Source of the DNA: Thermoplasmatota archaeon
GTDB taxonomy: Archaea > Thermoplasmatota > E2 > DHVEG-1
DNA length: 64,000 bases
Reading direction: 5' to 3'
Assembly: GCA_025457885.1 (NCBI GenBank)
Contig: JALOTN010000007.1
Location: 1,726-65,725 of the forward strand
Shown: positions 46,965 through 56,576 of the stretch, one piece after another
How positions within the stretch are numbered: the first letter of the stretch is position 1
Layout: each line of letters opens with the position of its first letter
Position numbers and translations under genes: made by a program
Notes under the pieces: model-generated
Database searches by the model: none
What the model saw: only the letters and a program-made list of their open reading frames with translations
Told to the model about the DNA's origin: nothing

Positions 46965-48513
46965 TGTATCCTCCGTTCAGATATGGTTCTGATGCAGGGT
47001 GTTGGTCATAGGTCACCCAGGGGAATTTAAAGAAAATCGGGTATCTGAGGAAGCTCCATGTACCGATGATCGGATATGGTGTTTTTTGGGATTTATCCCA
47101 GAAATTCTCATCGAATCGGGGGATTTTGTCTGAAAGAGCTGAGAAAGGATAGACTGACCATTGATAGGTGGCTGTCAGTTCGTTCTGCTGAAACGTGTTC
47201 CTCTTTACGGAGGTAAAAGAGCAAATATGAAACGAGAGGCCACGGGTATTGCGGTGGAGGAGATTTCCTTCAACACTCACGTTGATGGAGTACTCGATAA
47301 TTATTCCTTGGGTTGAATCGGTGATGAGATTATTTTTGATGGTAACGTTTTTTGGATTGACACCTGAAAAAACTTCCTCTGCAAGGCTTAATCCGGCGGT
47401 TGAGGAATTTGTAATCTCATTGCGTGTTATAGAATAATCTTGTGAACCAGCCAGAAAGACTGCAACATTATTGTCACTGAGATGATTTTCATCGATAATA
47501 AAATACATATTTACTCCGGGGAGTGCATTCATCATGTCGGTGATACCTCGTTGGGTATTGGTAATTGTGTTTTTAGTGATTCGAAGGTAAGCATATGAGA
47601 GGAGAATACCGCCGACCCATGAGGAGATGTTGTTCTGTGAGATGGTGCAATAAACACAGTCAAGGAGGCGTATGGCAACATATCCGGTTTTTGTGGAAGG
47701 GGTTTTGGGGAACGTGTTGTTGACGATATTGATGTTTTGTCCGTTTTGAATAGTAACCCCATATTCTCCGGTATGGATCTTCGTTCCATAGAGGGTGCAG
47801 TTCCTGGTGTGATTGAACCGGAGGACGGAAGAACCCATGGAACAATTGAAAATTGTAAAACCACCGATGAACACATCGGTTCCGACGCAAGTGATGATAT
47901 CGTTGCTTGCATTCTGTCCATCAACGATGGTGCTCAGAGGATTAGCACCTTGGAGTTGGATGCTGGTGTTGATGACAAGGTGTTCTCTATAGGAACCGGG
48001 GAAAACGTAGACGGTGTCCCCATCGCTGGTGTTGTCTATCGCATCCTGTATCTTTGTGTAATTGTTCGGACCAGCACCACCGACGTAGAACCATTGACCT
48101 TTTGATGTTAAAACAAAATCATAGATGGTGGTCTCCCAAATCGGAAGACTCACCGATGCCGTGTTGTATCCTTGTTTTAAGCAGGTAGCGATCTTGCTGC
48201 AGTTGCAGAGAGGAATGTTTGTGATATGATAAAAACCAGAAGCGTCACTATAGCTTTCTTGATAGGTCTCATGGTAGGACACTCGTACTGTCGCTCCTAT
48301 GATGGGATTCATCAAAGGATCTCGTACGAACCCTGATAACGTCCCAGGTTCTTCCTGCAGGGATGCTGCATTCCTCTGATGTGTAACATTCTGTTGTTGT
48401 GCAAATGTTGAAACGCTGGATGGAACACCTGCCAGACCAATGAGTACGATGATGATTCCAACAACTATTATTGTTCGTTTCATTTTTTTCCTTATTCTGT
48501 AGATTTTATTCAA
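46948..48513 (-). CDS. Secreted CarboxypepD_reg-like + right-handed parallel beta-helix (NosD-like) repeat protein
   Basis: Has EEPGTLSGFVRD...ASGFYHITNIP, WFYVGGAGPNNYTKIQDAIDNTSDGDTVYVFPGSY and beta-helix turns. Confidence 0.65.
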   Translation of the reverse strand: MNKIYRIRKKMKRTIIVVGIIIVLIGLAGVPSSVSTFAQQQNVTHQRNAASLQEEPGTLSGFVRDPLMNPIIGATVRVSYHETYQESYSDASGFYHITNIPLCNCSKIATCLKQGYNTASVSLPIWETTIYDFVLTSKGQWFYVGGAGPNNYTKIQDAIDNTSDGDTVYVFPGSYREHLVINTSIQLQGANPLSTIVDGQNASNDIITCVGTDVFIGGFTIFNCSMGSSVLRFNHTRNCTLYGTKIHTGEYGVTIQNGQNINIVNNTFPKTPSTKTGYVAIRLLDCVYCTISQNNISSWVGGILLSYAYLRITKNTITNTQRGITDMMNALPGVNMYFIIDENHLSDNNVAVFLAGSQDYSITRNEITNSSTAGLSLAEEVFSGVNPKNVTIKNNLITDSTQGIIIEYSINVSVEGNLLHRNTRGLSFHICSFTSVKRNTFQQNELTATYQWSVYPFSALSDKIPRFDENFWDKSQKTPYPIIGTWSFLRYPIFFKFPWVTYDQHPASEPYLNGGYNENTI

Positions 48514-49426
48514 TACTCACCAGAGCAGAGGATCCAATGAAGAAGAATGTTCCATCACGCAGGTTCAATTTGATCCCAACAAACCCCATTGCTCCTGGAT
48601 AAAACACGTAGGAGTCTGAATTGTATGGCGCCATTAAGAGAAGTCTTCCGAAAAATGTGCCGTTCCAGGATTTCTTACCGAGCAATCCAAGGGATGTGAC
48701 CCATCCTTGCGCAGGATCATATCGATATGGTGGCGGGATGGATGAACTATGGCTATGACCAAGAGTGATTAACCCTGTCCCGATGAGTCGTTTTGCGTTT
48801 ATTGTATAGACGATGTTTTGTAGTGATTTGATGAACGTGAGGGTCGCGTTGAGGAGGACGGGATCGTAGTCATTACGACGTGCAAGAACAGTGGAATAAT
48901 AAAGTATCCAGCACAACCCTGAGCATCCTCTCTCCAGGAAACCAAAAAACCGTGTGTTCATTGTTGTCTGCCCTGCGATGAGACAGAAGGCGTTGGTTCG
49001 ATTGAGGAAATCAGATATCCTGGAAGCGCTCCTCACCATTGTTGGATGTTGAACGTCCTTGGTGGTCACAACCATGAGCTTGTTGATTTGCTCGATACTT
49101 GTTTCTCTTGGTAATAGCATATACTTGTTTAACTGTCGGACTGCTTCTTTGAAGATAGGAACTGCTGCTTCTCTTATTGTTGTTTGATTTAATTGGGATC
49201 TGAACTGGATGAGATACTGTTCTAGGTCTCTGTATTGGTCTGTGGTGAGTCGCACAGTGATGTCCTTGACTCCATGATAATCATACACCTGAGTGATGAT
49301 TTGTATTCCCTGGTCGGAATCAATCGCTGTCACATCACAACGAGAAACACAGGGTGTGATGGAGACGCCGATGATGAAGAGGATGACTCCCATCGCTACT
49401 GATTTGGAAATTGTATTTGTACTCAT
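48506..49426 (-). CDS. Hypothetical secreted/anchored protein (306 aa), paralog of 43387-44307
   Basis: Start taken at MSTNTISK (ATG 49426), which overlaps the upstream TAA as TAATG. This gives the same 306-aa length as the paralog. Confidence 0.5.
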   Translation of the reverse strand: MSTNTISKSVAMGVILFIIGVSITPCVSRCDVTAIDSDQGIQIITQVYDYHGVKDITVRLTTDQYRDLEQYLIQFRSQLNQTTIREAAVPIFKEAVRQLNKYMLLPRETSIEQINKLMVVTTKDVQHPTMVRSASRISDFLNRTNAFCLIAGQTTMNTRFFGFLERGCSGLCWILYYSTVLARRNDYDPVLLNATLTFIKSLQNIVYTINAKRLIGTGLITLGHSHSSSIPPPYRYDPAQGWVTSLGLLGKKSWNGTFFGRLLLMAPYNSDSYVFYPGAMGFVGIKLNLRDGTFFFIGSSALVSIE

Positions 49427-49962
49427 TAATCGATGATGTCGATCCATCGATCCACCCACCCGACCCAGACAACAAAGAAGATGAAGGAATCCGAGTTGTC
49501 TTCTGAATTGGAGTCTTTTGTGTCTATCCGAGCATGAATTTTATAGATGGCAAAAATACCATTTTGAATAGGACAACCAAATGATATGGTTTTACTATGT
49601 CCTGTTCGTGGGTCCATTGAATTCTCAGTCCATTCTATCTGTTGCATCTCCTCAGGTTCTCTATCAAAGTTAAAAAATCCGATCGTACAGAGTCTGATGA
49701 TACTACAGGTCACATTGCAGGTGTTGGATTCGTTTTGTCCTGTGTTCCAGATTGTGACTAAAAACGAGGCTTGAACACCTTCTCCGTAGCTATGTGGTGA
49801 GACATGCCGGTCGGCATCAATATCGAGATACAGGTTGAATGATTCCTCCCCGCTGCCGCTTACCTGTTGGGAATCTCTGAGAGTGCTTCCTATGGTGAAT
49901 GGGATTCCATTGGAAAATACCAGCCCCAGGATAAAAAACAGTATGAGTAGTTTTCTCATCAA
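49426..49962 (-). CDS. Small secreted beta-sandwich-like hypothetical protein
   Basis: Signal peptide MMRKLLILFFILGLVFS. First gene of the co-directional cassette. Confidence 0.45.
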   Translation of the reverse strand: MMRKLLILFFILGLVFSNGIPFTIGSTLRDSQQVSGSGEESFNLYLDIDADRHVSPHSYGEGVQASFLVTIWNTGQNESNTCNVTCSIIRLCTIGFFNFDREPEEMQQIEWTENSMDPRTGHSKTISFGCPIQNGIFAIYKIHARIDTKDSNSEDNSDSFIFFVVWVGWVDRWIDIID

Positions 49963-49999
49963 TTTCGTTCCTCCTTACCGTTTTATAAAACGTCACTTG

Positions 50000-50008
50000 T
50001 ATTTAAAT
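50000..50008 (-). promoter_or_regulatory. TATA-box-like TATTTAAAT upstream of the beta-helix cassette
   Basis: Centred about 42 nt upstream of the ATG at 49962. Confidence 0.35.
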
Positions 50009-50187
50009 ATATGGCCATCTTGGTGTAAAAGAACCGCGATTTGTATCAATATATTCGATTCGACCTTTCTTTTTATCACCCAGTTATCATCTTCTTCATC
50101 ATCTTTTTCATCAAGGGAAAGGAGGTTTGTTCAAAGGGAGTCGTCAACCTTAATAAAGAACCAGGAGATAGGGGTAAAGGGAGTGTT

Positions 50188-51489
50188 ATGGATCATCTTT
50201 TCAATGCGAAAATGGAAACCTTGCAACACAAAAAAATCCAGGAGCTACAGTTAGAGCGGTTACAGAAAACGGTGCATCTAGTGTACGAAACGGTTCCGCA
50301 TTATCAGAAGAAGTTCAAGGAGCTTGGTGTGAAACCATCAGACATTAAGACGCTGGGGGATATTCGGAAGCTACCGTTCACCACAAAGGATGATCTGCGG
50401 AAGAACGCTCCGTTTGGGATGATGACGACCTCGTTGGATAATTGTATCGAACTGCATGCTTCCTCTGGGACGACCGGGGTGCCAGTCACCGCGTGTTACA
50501 CTCGGAATGATTTAGAGGTCTGGTCTGAGGTGATGGCTCGGTGCTTGTCCATGTCTGGACTAACGAAAAAAGACATTTTTCAAAATCCCATCCCGTATGG
50601 GACGTTCACCGGCGGGTTTGGGTTTCATTACGGGGCGCAGAAGGTTGGTGCCTTAGTGATTCCCTCCGGGAAGGGTCAGTCGGAGCGTCAGATCAAGCTG
50701 ATGGAGTATTATGGGACGACGTTCATCTCCGGGGTCGCCTCGTATGCGATGCATCTGGGGCAGGTCGCTTTGGAGATGGGTCTGGATCCAAAGCGGTTGA
50801 AGGTGCGTAACGGGTTGTTTGGCGCGGAGATGTTCACCCCTGGTCTGAAGAAACGGATCATGGAGGTATGGGACATGGATGTGCATGATATCTATGGGCT
50901 GACGGAGATGTGTGGCCCGGGGGTGTCCACGGACTGTGACCAGCATGATGGGTTGCATCTCTGGGAGGATCATTTCCTGGTGGAATGCGTCGATCCGTTG
51001 ACACTCGAGCCGGTGGGTCCTGAGGAGGAAGGCGAGATGGTGCTTACGACGCTGACAAAGGAAGGGATGCCGTTGTTGCGGTACCGGACCAGGGATATAG
51101 CGAAACTGTATGATGCTGAGGTGTGCACCTGTGGCCGGACGCATGTGCGTCATTCCATGATCAAGGGTCGGTCTGATGATATGGTGATCATCCGGGGGAC
51201 GAACATCTACCCTGGTCAGATTGAGTCGGTGTTGATGAACAATCCGTTGGTGGGAGGAAACTGGCGGATGGTGCTGACCACAGAGCATGATATGGATATG
51301 CTGACGGTAGAGGTGGAGACCAAGCAGCGGGTCAGCATCGCAGACATGGAGCAGCTCGCGGCACGATTGAAGGCCGATATCCAATCGGTGATCGTGTTCA
51401 CCCCACGGGTGGATGTGCTGCCACCAAATACCATCCTCGAAACTGGTTTAAAGGCAAAACGGGTTATTGATAACCGCAAGAAGGATTGA
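50188..51489 (+). CDS. paaK: Phenylacetate-CoA ligase
   Basis: Has MDHLFNAKMETLQHKKIQELQLERLQ, SSGTTGVPV and IYGLTEMCGPGV; 433 aa from the ATG at 50188, with a GGAG-rich upstream box. Confidence 0.85.
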   Translation: MDHLFNAKMETLQHKKIQELQLERLQKTVHLVYETVPHYQKKFKELGVKPSDIKTLGDIRKLPFTTKDDLRKNAPFGMMTTSLDNCIELHASSGTTGVPVTACYTRNDLEVWSEVMARCLSMSGLTKKDIFQNPIPYGTFTGGFGFHYGAQKVGALVIPSGKGQSERQIKLMEYYGTTFISGVASYAMHLGQVALEMGLDPKRLKVRNGLFGAEMFTPGLKKRIMEVWDMDVHDIYGLTEMCGPGVSTDCDQHDGLHLWEDHFLVECVDPLTLEPVGPEEEGEMVLTTLTKEGMPLLRYRTRDIAKLYDAEVCTCGRTHVRHSMIKGRSDDMVIIRGTNIYPGQIESVLMNNPLVGGNWRMVLTTEHDMDMLTVEVETKQRVSIADMEQLAARLKADIQSVIVFTPRVDVLPPNTILETGLKAKRVIDNRKKD

Positions 51490-52151
51490 CCATGAACCCA
51501 GCGGTGAAAAAACTCATTCAAGGAAGGACGGGTGCGCTTGCGGAAAACGAGGTAAAAGACCTCTTGCAGGCATATGGGATTCCAACGACGAAGTATCAGG
51601 TCGTCCACAAGGAAAAAGACCTTGAGGCTCTTTCAGTGAGTTTCCCGGTGGCGTTGAAGGTCTGTTCTTCGAAGATCCTGCATAAGACCGATGTGGGAGG
51701 TGTGCGGTTGAACATTCAGAATCTTTTAGAACTGAAAAAGGTGTTTCAGGAGTTCCGTCAGAAGTTCCCCACAGAGGATCTCCTCGTCGATCAGATGGAG
51801 GAGAAAGGCGTGGAGATGATCATCGGATTAGTACAAGATCCGACGTTTGGGTTATCCATCATGTGTGGGATCGGGGGGATCTTCACGGAGTTGTACAAGG
51901 ACGTATCGTTCCGTGTCGTGGAAATCGACCGGTATGATGCGGTGCAGATGATCGAGGAGCTTGCAGGCAAGAAACTCCTGGAGGGTTTCCGGGGGATGAA
52001 AGCAAACAAGCAGCTGGTGATTGATTTATTGTTGCATGTCTCTAAACTAGGTGAAGAACTGATTGATCACCTGGATCAGATGGATTTAAATCCCGTGTTT
52101 GTGTATGAAGACCGCGTCTGTGTCGTGGACGCAAAACTTATCTTAAAATAA
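51486..52151 (+). CDS. ATP-grasp domain protein, ADP-forming acetyl/acyl-CoA synthetase beta-subunit-like
   Basis: Has LLQAYGIPT, VALKVCSSKILHKTDVGGVRLNI and DLNPVFV. Overlaps the paaK stop. Confidence 0.6.
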   Translation: MTMNPAVKKLIQGRTGALAENEVKDLLQAYGIPTTKYQVVHKEKDLEALSVSFPVALKVCSSKILHKTDVGGVRLNIQNLLELKKVFQEFRQKFPTEDLLVDQMEEKGVEMIIGLVQDPTFGLSIMCGIGGIFTELYKDVSFRVVEIDRYDAVQMIEELAGKKLLEGFRGMKANKQLVIDLLLHVSKLGEELIDHLDQMDLNPVFVYEDRVCVVDAKLILK

Positions 52152-52169
52152 AAAGGGGTTTGGAGCAGG

Positions 52170-53594
52170 ATGACTATGAAAGCATCATCGAAGAAGGAGT
52201 ATGTGGTTAAGAATATCAGCTTAGCAAGTCTGGGTCGTAGGGAAATCGAGATAGCGGAAAAAGAAATGCCTGGGCTTATGGCGGTCCGTGAGAAGTACGC
52301 ATCAAGTAAGCCATTGAAGGGTGCGCGGATCACGGGGAGTCTGCATATGACGGTGCAGACCGCGGTGCTTATTGAGACGTTGCGAGAGCTTGGTGCGCAG
52401 GTCCGCTGGGCGAGTTGTAATATCTTCTCAACGCAGGATCATGCGGCAGCAGCGATCGCCAAGGCGGGGGTCCCTGTGTTTGCTTGGAAAGGGGAGAGTC
52501 TGGCGGAGTACTGGTGGTGTACGCAGAAAGCCTTGGATTTCGGTGGCGGGAAAGGCCCGACGTTGATCGTGGATGACGGAGGGGATGCGACCCTGATGGT
52601 GCATAAGGGTGTCGAGGTGGAGAAGAATCCTTCGCTGTTGAAGAAGGAGTACTCGGGTGAAGGTAAGGATTTTGAGGAACTCATGGTACTACTCAAGCAG
52701 ATTCATGGGAAGCATCCGACGTACTGGTCCCGACTGGTCAAGGAGATCCGGGGGGTGTCTGAGGAGACGACGACCGGTGTGCATCGGCTGTATCAGATGC
52801 TGGAAGCGAAGAAATTGTTGTTCCCGGCGTTTAATGTGAATGATTCGGTGACGAAATCAAAATTTGATAACCATTACGGATGTCGGGAGAGTCTCGCCGA
52901 TGGCATCAAACGGGCCACTGATGTGATGATCGCGGGGAAGACCGTTGTGGTCTGTGGGTATGGTGATGTCGGGAAAGGCTGTTGTCAGTCGATGCGTGGG
53001 TTTGGCGCCCGGGTGATTGTGACAGAGGTGGACCCGATCTGTGCGTTACAGGCGGTCATGGAAGGCTATGAGGTTAAGACCGTGGAGGATTCATTATCTG
53101 AGGGGAACATCTATGTGACCGCGACCGGATGTAAGGATGTCATCACCGTGGAGCATATGAAGCGGATGCTGGATCAGGCGATCGTCTGCAACATCGGTCA
53201 TTTTGATCATGAGATCCAGGTCGGCAAGTTAGAACTGCTCAAGGGTGTGAAGAAAATCACTATCAAACCGCAGGTGGACAAATACGTGTTCCCCGATGGT
53301 CATGAGATCTTCATCCTGGCGGAGGGTCGGCTGGTGAACCTGGGTTGTGCCCATGGGCATCCAAGTTTTGTGATGAGCAATTCGTTTACGAATCAGGTGC
53401 TGGCACAGATAGCCTTGTGGAAGAAGCATCATAAGGTCGGGGTGTATATGTTGCCGAAGATACTTGATGAGGAGGTCGCGCGGTTGCATCTGGGGAAACT
53501 GGGGGTGCGTTTAACGAAGCTTTCGGAGGAACAGGCAGAATATATTGGTGTGAAGGTGAACGGTCCGTATAAGTCGGAGCACTATCGGTATTAA
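52170..53594 (+). CDS. ahcY: S-adenosyl-L-homocysteine hydrolase
   Basis: Has [44 protein letters not shown] (NAD motif), NIGHFDHEI and SEHYRY. Confidence 0.92.
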   Translation: MTMKASSKKEYVVKNISLASLGRREIEIAEKEMPGLMAVREKYASSKPLKGARITGSLHMTVQTAVLIETLRELGAQVRWASCNIFSTQDHAAAAIAKAGVPVFAWKGESLAEYWWCTQKALDFGGGKGPTLIVDDGGDATLMVHKGVEVEKNPSLLKKEYSGEGKDFEELMVLLKQIHGKHPTYWSRLVKEIRGVSEETTTGVHRLYQMLEAKKLLFPAFNVNDSVTKSKFDNHYGCRESLADGIKRATDVMIAGKTVVVCGYGDVGKGCCQSMRGFGARVIVTEVDPICALQAVMEGYEVKTVEDSLSEGNIYVTATGCKDVITVEHMKRMLDQAIVCNIGHFDHEIQVGKLELLKGVKKITIKPQVDKYVFPDGHEIFILAEGRLVNLGCAHGHPSFVMSNSFTNQVLAQIALWKKHHKVGVYMLPKILDEEVARLHLGKLGVRLTKLSEEQAEYIGVKVNGPYKSEHYRY

Positions 53595-53882
53595 CTTAAC
53601 CTTTTTTTTTCTCTTCCAGAGATGTTTTTTTTAAAAAAAGAGGAGGGTGAAAGAAGGGAAAGGGGGGGAAAGGATTAGTAATACAGCATTTTCCTTCTTT
53701 CGATTTTTATCCATGCGTCGGATAACTCATCTTCCCGATAATCGTCGATGACGTTACACATACATATTATTATGATTTTAATAGTATTTAATATTGTCGA
53801 TTTGAATATCGACGATTGACGAAAAAAGGTGTGATATGAACACATACCTTAAAGAAATACAACCGTATTTGCCGCCACAACT

Positions 53883-54632
53883 ATGATCACCCTCATCGGA
53901 ACCGGACATATCTTCGACCTCTCCGCAGCACTCCTCTCCATTTTCGACGAAAAAGAACCAGAGGTCATCGGCGTCGAACTCGACCCCCAACGCTACCAAG
54001 CAATCCTCCTTAGAAACACCGATCCCGCCTCCTATCACAACGCAAAAAAGAACCTCCCCTTCATCTACCGCATGATGGCACAATTCCAGGAAAACATGGC
54101 AGAATCCTACGGCGTCAACGCAGGTGACGAGATGCTCACCGCAATCAACTACGCCCAATCCCGTGTGCTCCCCGTCGCCTTCATCGACACCAACGCCCAG
54201 CAGCTCTTCACCCACATGTGGAACACCATGCCATACTTCGAAAAACTCAGACTCATGTTCTCCGGCATCGCCGGGTTGTTCGTCAGCAAGAAACGCGTTG
54301 AAGAAGAAATGAAAAACTATCAACAACACTACGATTCCTACCTCGAGGAGATCGGAAAGAAATTCCCCACCATCAAAAAAACATTGATTGACGATCGCAA
54401 TGAGTTTATGGCACAACGGATCATCGAACTGCACGAAAAACATCAGAAGATCATCGTCTGCATTGGAGATGGGCACGTCCAGGGGATCTCAAAGATCCTA
54501 GACGAAAAACACATCCCGTTTGAGACGATCAGGTTACAGCAACTACAGAACTGGAAAAAAACACCATCTGATGGTTCCACCGGGCATTTCTCCATCAATT
54601 ATAACCCCCCAGACCAAGAGATGCCATCCTAG
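53883..54632 (+). CDS. TraB/PrgY/GumN-family protein
   Basis: Has ITLIGTGHIF near the N-terminus, ERNEF-like DDRNEFMAQRI, and IVCIGDGHVQGI. Confidence 0.55.
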   Translation: MITLIGTGHIFDLSAALLSIFDEKEPEVIGVELDPQRYQAILLRNTDPASYHNAKKNLPFIYRMMAQFQENMAESYGVNAGDEMLTAINYAQSRVLPVAFIDTNAQQLFTHMWNTMPYFEKLRLMFSGIAGLFVSKKRVEEEMKNYQQHYDSYLEEIGKKFPTIKKTLIDDRNEFMAQRIIELHEKHQKIIVCIGDGHVQGISKILDEKHIPFETIRLQQLQNWKKTPSDGSTGHFSINYNPPDQEMPS

Positions 54633-54699
54633 ACTATTCTTTTCCTTTCTCCATAATTTTATATAACAAACACAGATTAATATCACATAAGAATATAAG

Positions 54700-56301
54700 A
54701 TGATGTGGGGTCCTATGAAGAAGATACTCGTCGTATGTCTTATCCAGATGTTGATAGCAACTCCTGTCTTCGCACTCAACAATCCGTCACCGATGGCACA
54801 AACAGGACGAACAAGTGAACAAGCATCCGTGATTGACTGGTGGCCGATGTTCTGCCACGATGAGGCACTGACGGCAAACACCAGTGCACCATCCCCAGAC
54901 ATTTCACAAATACTCTGGAGCCATACCGTCGAAGACTGGATCGAATCCTCCCCGTCCATCGTCGACGGGAAGGTCTACATCGCGACCTGCAACTGGTGGA
55001 AAGGCCGTATCCACTGTCTTGATTTATACAATGGTTCTTTCCTCTGGAACTACACGGTTAACGATCAACTGTACTCCTCCCCAGCGATCGTCGACGGGAA
55101 AGTCTACATCGCCTCATTAAACGGAAGAATCATCTGTGTCAATGCATCCTCCGGGCAACAGCTCTATAACGTGCTGCTAAACACCGATATCCTAACGCAA
55201 GCCTCACCCGTGGTGAACGACGGAAAAATCTACCTGAGCTGCACCAATGAATACCCCGCGGAGAACCGCAGCAAACTTTACTGCCTGAATGCAGAGAACG
55301 GATCAATCGTCTGGTTCAACGATACCAAGAACGCCCGGGATATCTCCCCTGCGGTCGTCAACGGCAACGTCTATGGTGCGGGAGCCGGCAACATCCTGAC
55401 CTGTTTTAATGCCCTGACCGGGGAGATGGTCTGGCAATCCACAGAACAGATCACCACAGGTCATCCAGTGGTCTCTGGAGATAACATCTATGGGACTTCC
55501 GATTCCATGATCTACTGCGTCCAACAAGGGGTGACCCACTGGGAGTTCCCCCTCAAATCAGGGTTCCTGGTGGCATCCACGCTTGCTCTTGGAAACGGAA
55601 GAATAATCATTGGCGCGCTCAACCCGTACGCCTCTATACCCGGGATGATCCACTGCATCAACAGTGAGACCGGGGTTGAATACTGGAATTATTCATCGGT
55701 CAACAACGGGGAATATAACGCAAAACCCACGATTGCTCAGAACCGACTCTTCATCGTCGAGGACATCGGCGTCGGACTAGACCGGAATGCGCGTCTGTGC
55801 GGTCATGACCTCTCCACCGGGGAGCTCCTCGCCAATCAGTATGTGAACACAGATACGATGAACTACGTCTATGGGACGCCATCCATGGCTGATGGCTTAG
55901 TTGTCATCGGCTCCGCGGAAGGAGATGGCTCATCCTCCTGGGGAGGGATCTACTGTTATGGTCAGATGACCGTCCATCAACCGGTTCTTTCCATCACAAA
56001 CATCTCTGGTGGGAAAGGATTGACCATGACAATTCAGAACACCGGGGATGCGAACGCGACCGGGATCATCGGAGACCTCCTCATCACAGGTGGTTTGTTC
56101 ATCCGTCAGGGAACCTATGTGTTCCCAGACTCTATTCCCGCGGGTGAAACAGCCACCGTCACCGTCCCACTCTTCGGCGTTGGATTTGGATTCTTAAAAG
56201 CTATCCCGCAAATCACTGTCAATGTCGAATGCACAGAACAGTCATCTGCTACTGCAGTCCAGCAATTTAAAATATTTTTATCGCAGGTGAAAATCATCTA
56301 G
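54700..56301 (+). CDS. Secreted PQQ-like beta-propeller repeat protein with C-terminal beta-sandwich module
   Basis: Has a signal peptide. Repeats are of the type SSPSIVDGKVYIA...HCLDLYNGSFLW. Related to 24749-26464. Confidence 0.6.
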   Translation: MMWGPMKKILVVCLIQMLIATPVFALNNPSPMAQTGRTSEQASVIDWWPMFCHDEALTANTSAPSPDISQILWSHTVEDWIESSPSIVDGKVYIATCNWWKGRIHCLDLYNGSFLWNYTVNDQLYSSPAIVDGKVYIASLNGRIICVNASSGQQLYNVLLNTDILTQASPVVNDGKIYLSCTNEYPAENRSKLYCLNAENGSIVWFNDTKNARDISPAVVNGNVYGAGAGNILTCFNALTGEMVWQSTEQITTGHPVVSGDNIYGTSDSMIYCVQQGVTHWEFPLKSGFLVASTLALGNGRIIIGALNPYASIPGMIHCINSETGVEYWNYSSVNNGEYNAKPTIAQNRLFIVEDIGVGLDRNARLCGHDLSTGELLANQYVNTDTMNYVYGTPSMADGLVVIGSAEGDGSSSWGGIYCYGQMTVHQPVLSITNISGGKGLTMTIQNTGDANATGIIGDLLITGGLFIRQGTYVFPDSIPAGETATVTVPLFGVGFGFLKAIPQITVNVECTEQSSATAVQQFKIFLSQVKII

Positions 56302-56512
56302 GACGTGTGTTGTTTTTCCGCGGTTCATTTGCATTATTTAAAAGGATTTGGGGGCTGAAGGTCCCATAACGACTTCCTCCATGATAGAAAGGTGGTCCCA
56401 ACCAAAGAGTTGGATGTTCATTTGAGATGAGTTCTTGTTGAAGTAGTAAATCGATGTCCATTTTAGTTAGTCCGAGTCGTTGACCAAGTATGTAAAACGT
56501 TTCCGTTTGCAT
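56294..56512 (-). CDS. Candidate precursor peptide A2 of the rSAM/SPASM operon (72 aa, Cys-free, GPPFYHGGSRYGT core)
   Basis: Homologous to ORF A1 (61428-61643): LGxxLGL, then exactly 23 residues, then GPP-hydrophobic-Y-x-G..YGT. Last gene of the co-directional operon. Confidence 0.5.
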   Translation of the reverse strand: MQTETFYILGQRLGLTKMDIDLLLQQELISNEHPTLWLGPPFYHGGSRYGTFSPQILLNNANEPRKNNTRPR

Positions 56513-56535
56513 TGAAAAAACCTATTGTTATTAAC

Positions 56536-56543
56536 AATTTAAA
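56536..56543 (-). promoter_or_regulatory. TATA-box-like element (TTTAAATT on - strand) about 28 nt upstream of the A2 start, adjacent to palindrome ATTGTTA-T-TAACAAT (56524-56538)
   Basis: Read directly in the 64-nt spacer between the ligase stop (56577) and the A2 ATG (56512). Confidence 0.3.
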
Positions 56544-56576
56544 GGTAACCCCTGTTCCATTCCGTTCAGTAATCAT

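Noticed and set aside
53795-53830. Palindrome GTCGAT-N6-ATCGAC downstream of a TATTTAAT box, upstream of the TraB-family gene, as an operator
   Set aside because: It is a single 6-bp half-site pair in AT-rich DNA. It is plausible but indistinguishable from chance without comparative data.
53778-54476. 232-aa ORF on the minus strand, antisense to the TraB-family gene
   Set aside because: It has repetitive Asp/Glu/Gly/Val-rich low-complexity composition with no motif. It lies fully inside a better-supported plus-strand gene, so it is a typical antisense shadow ORF.
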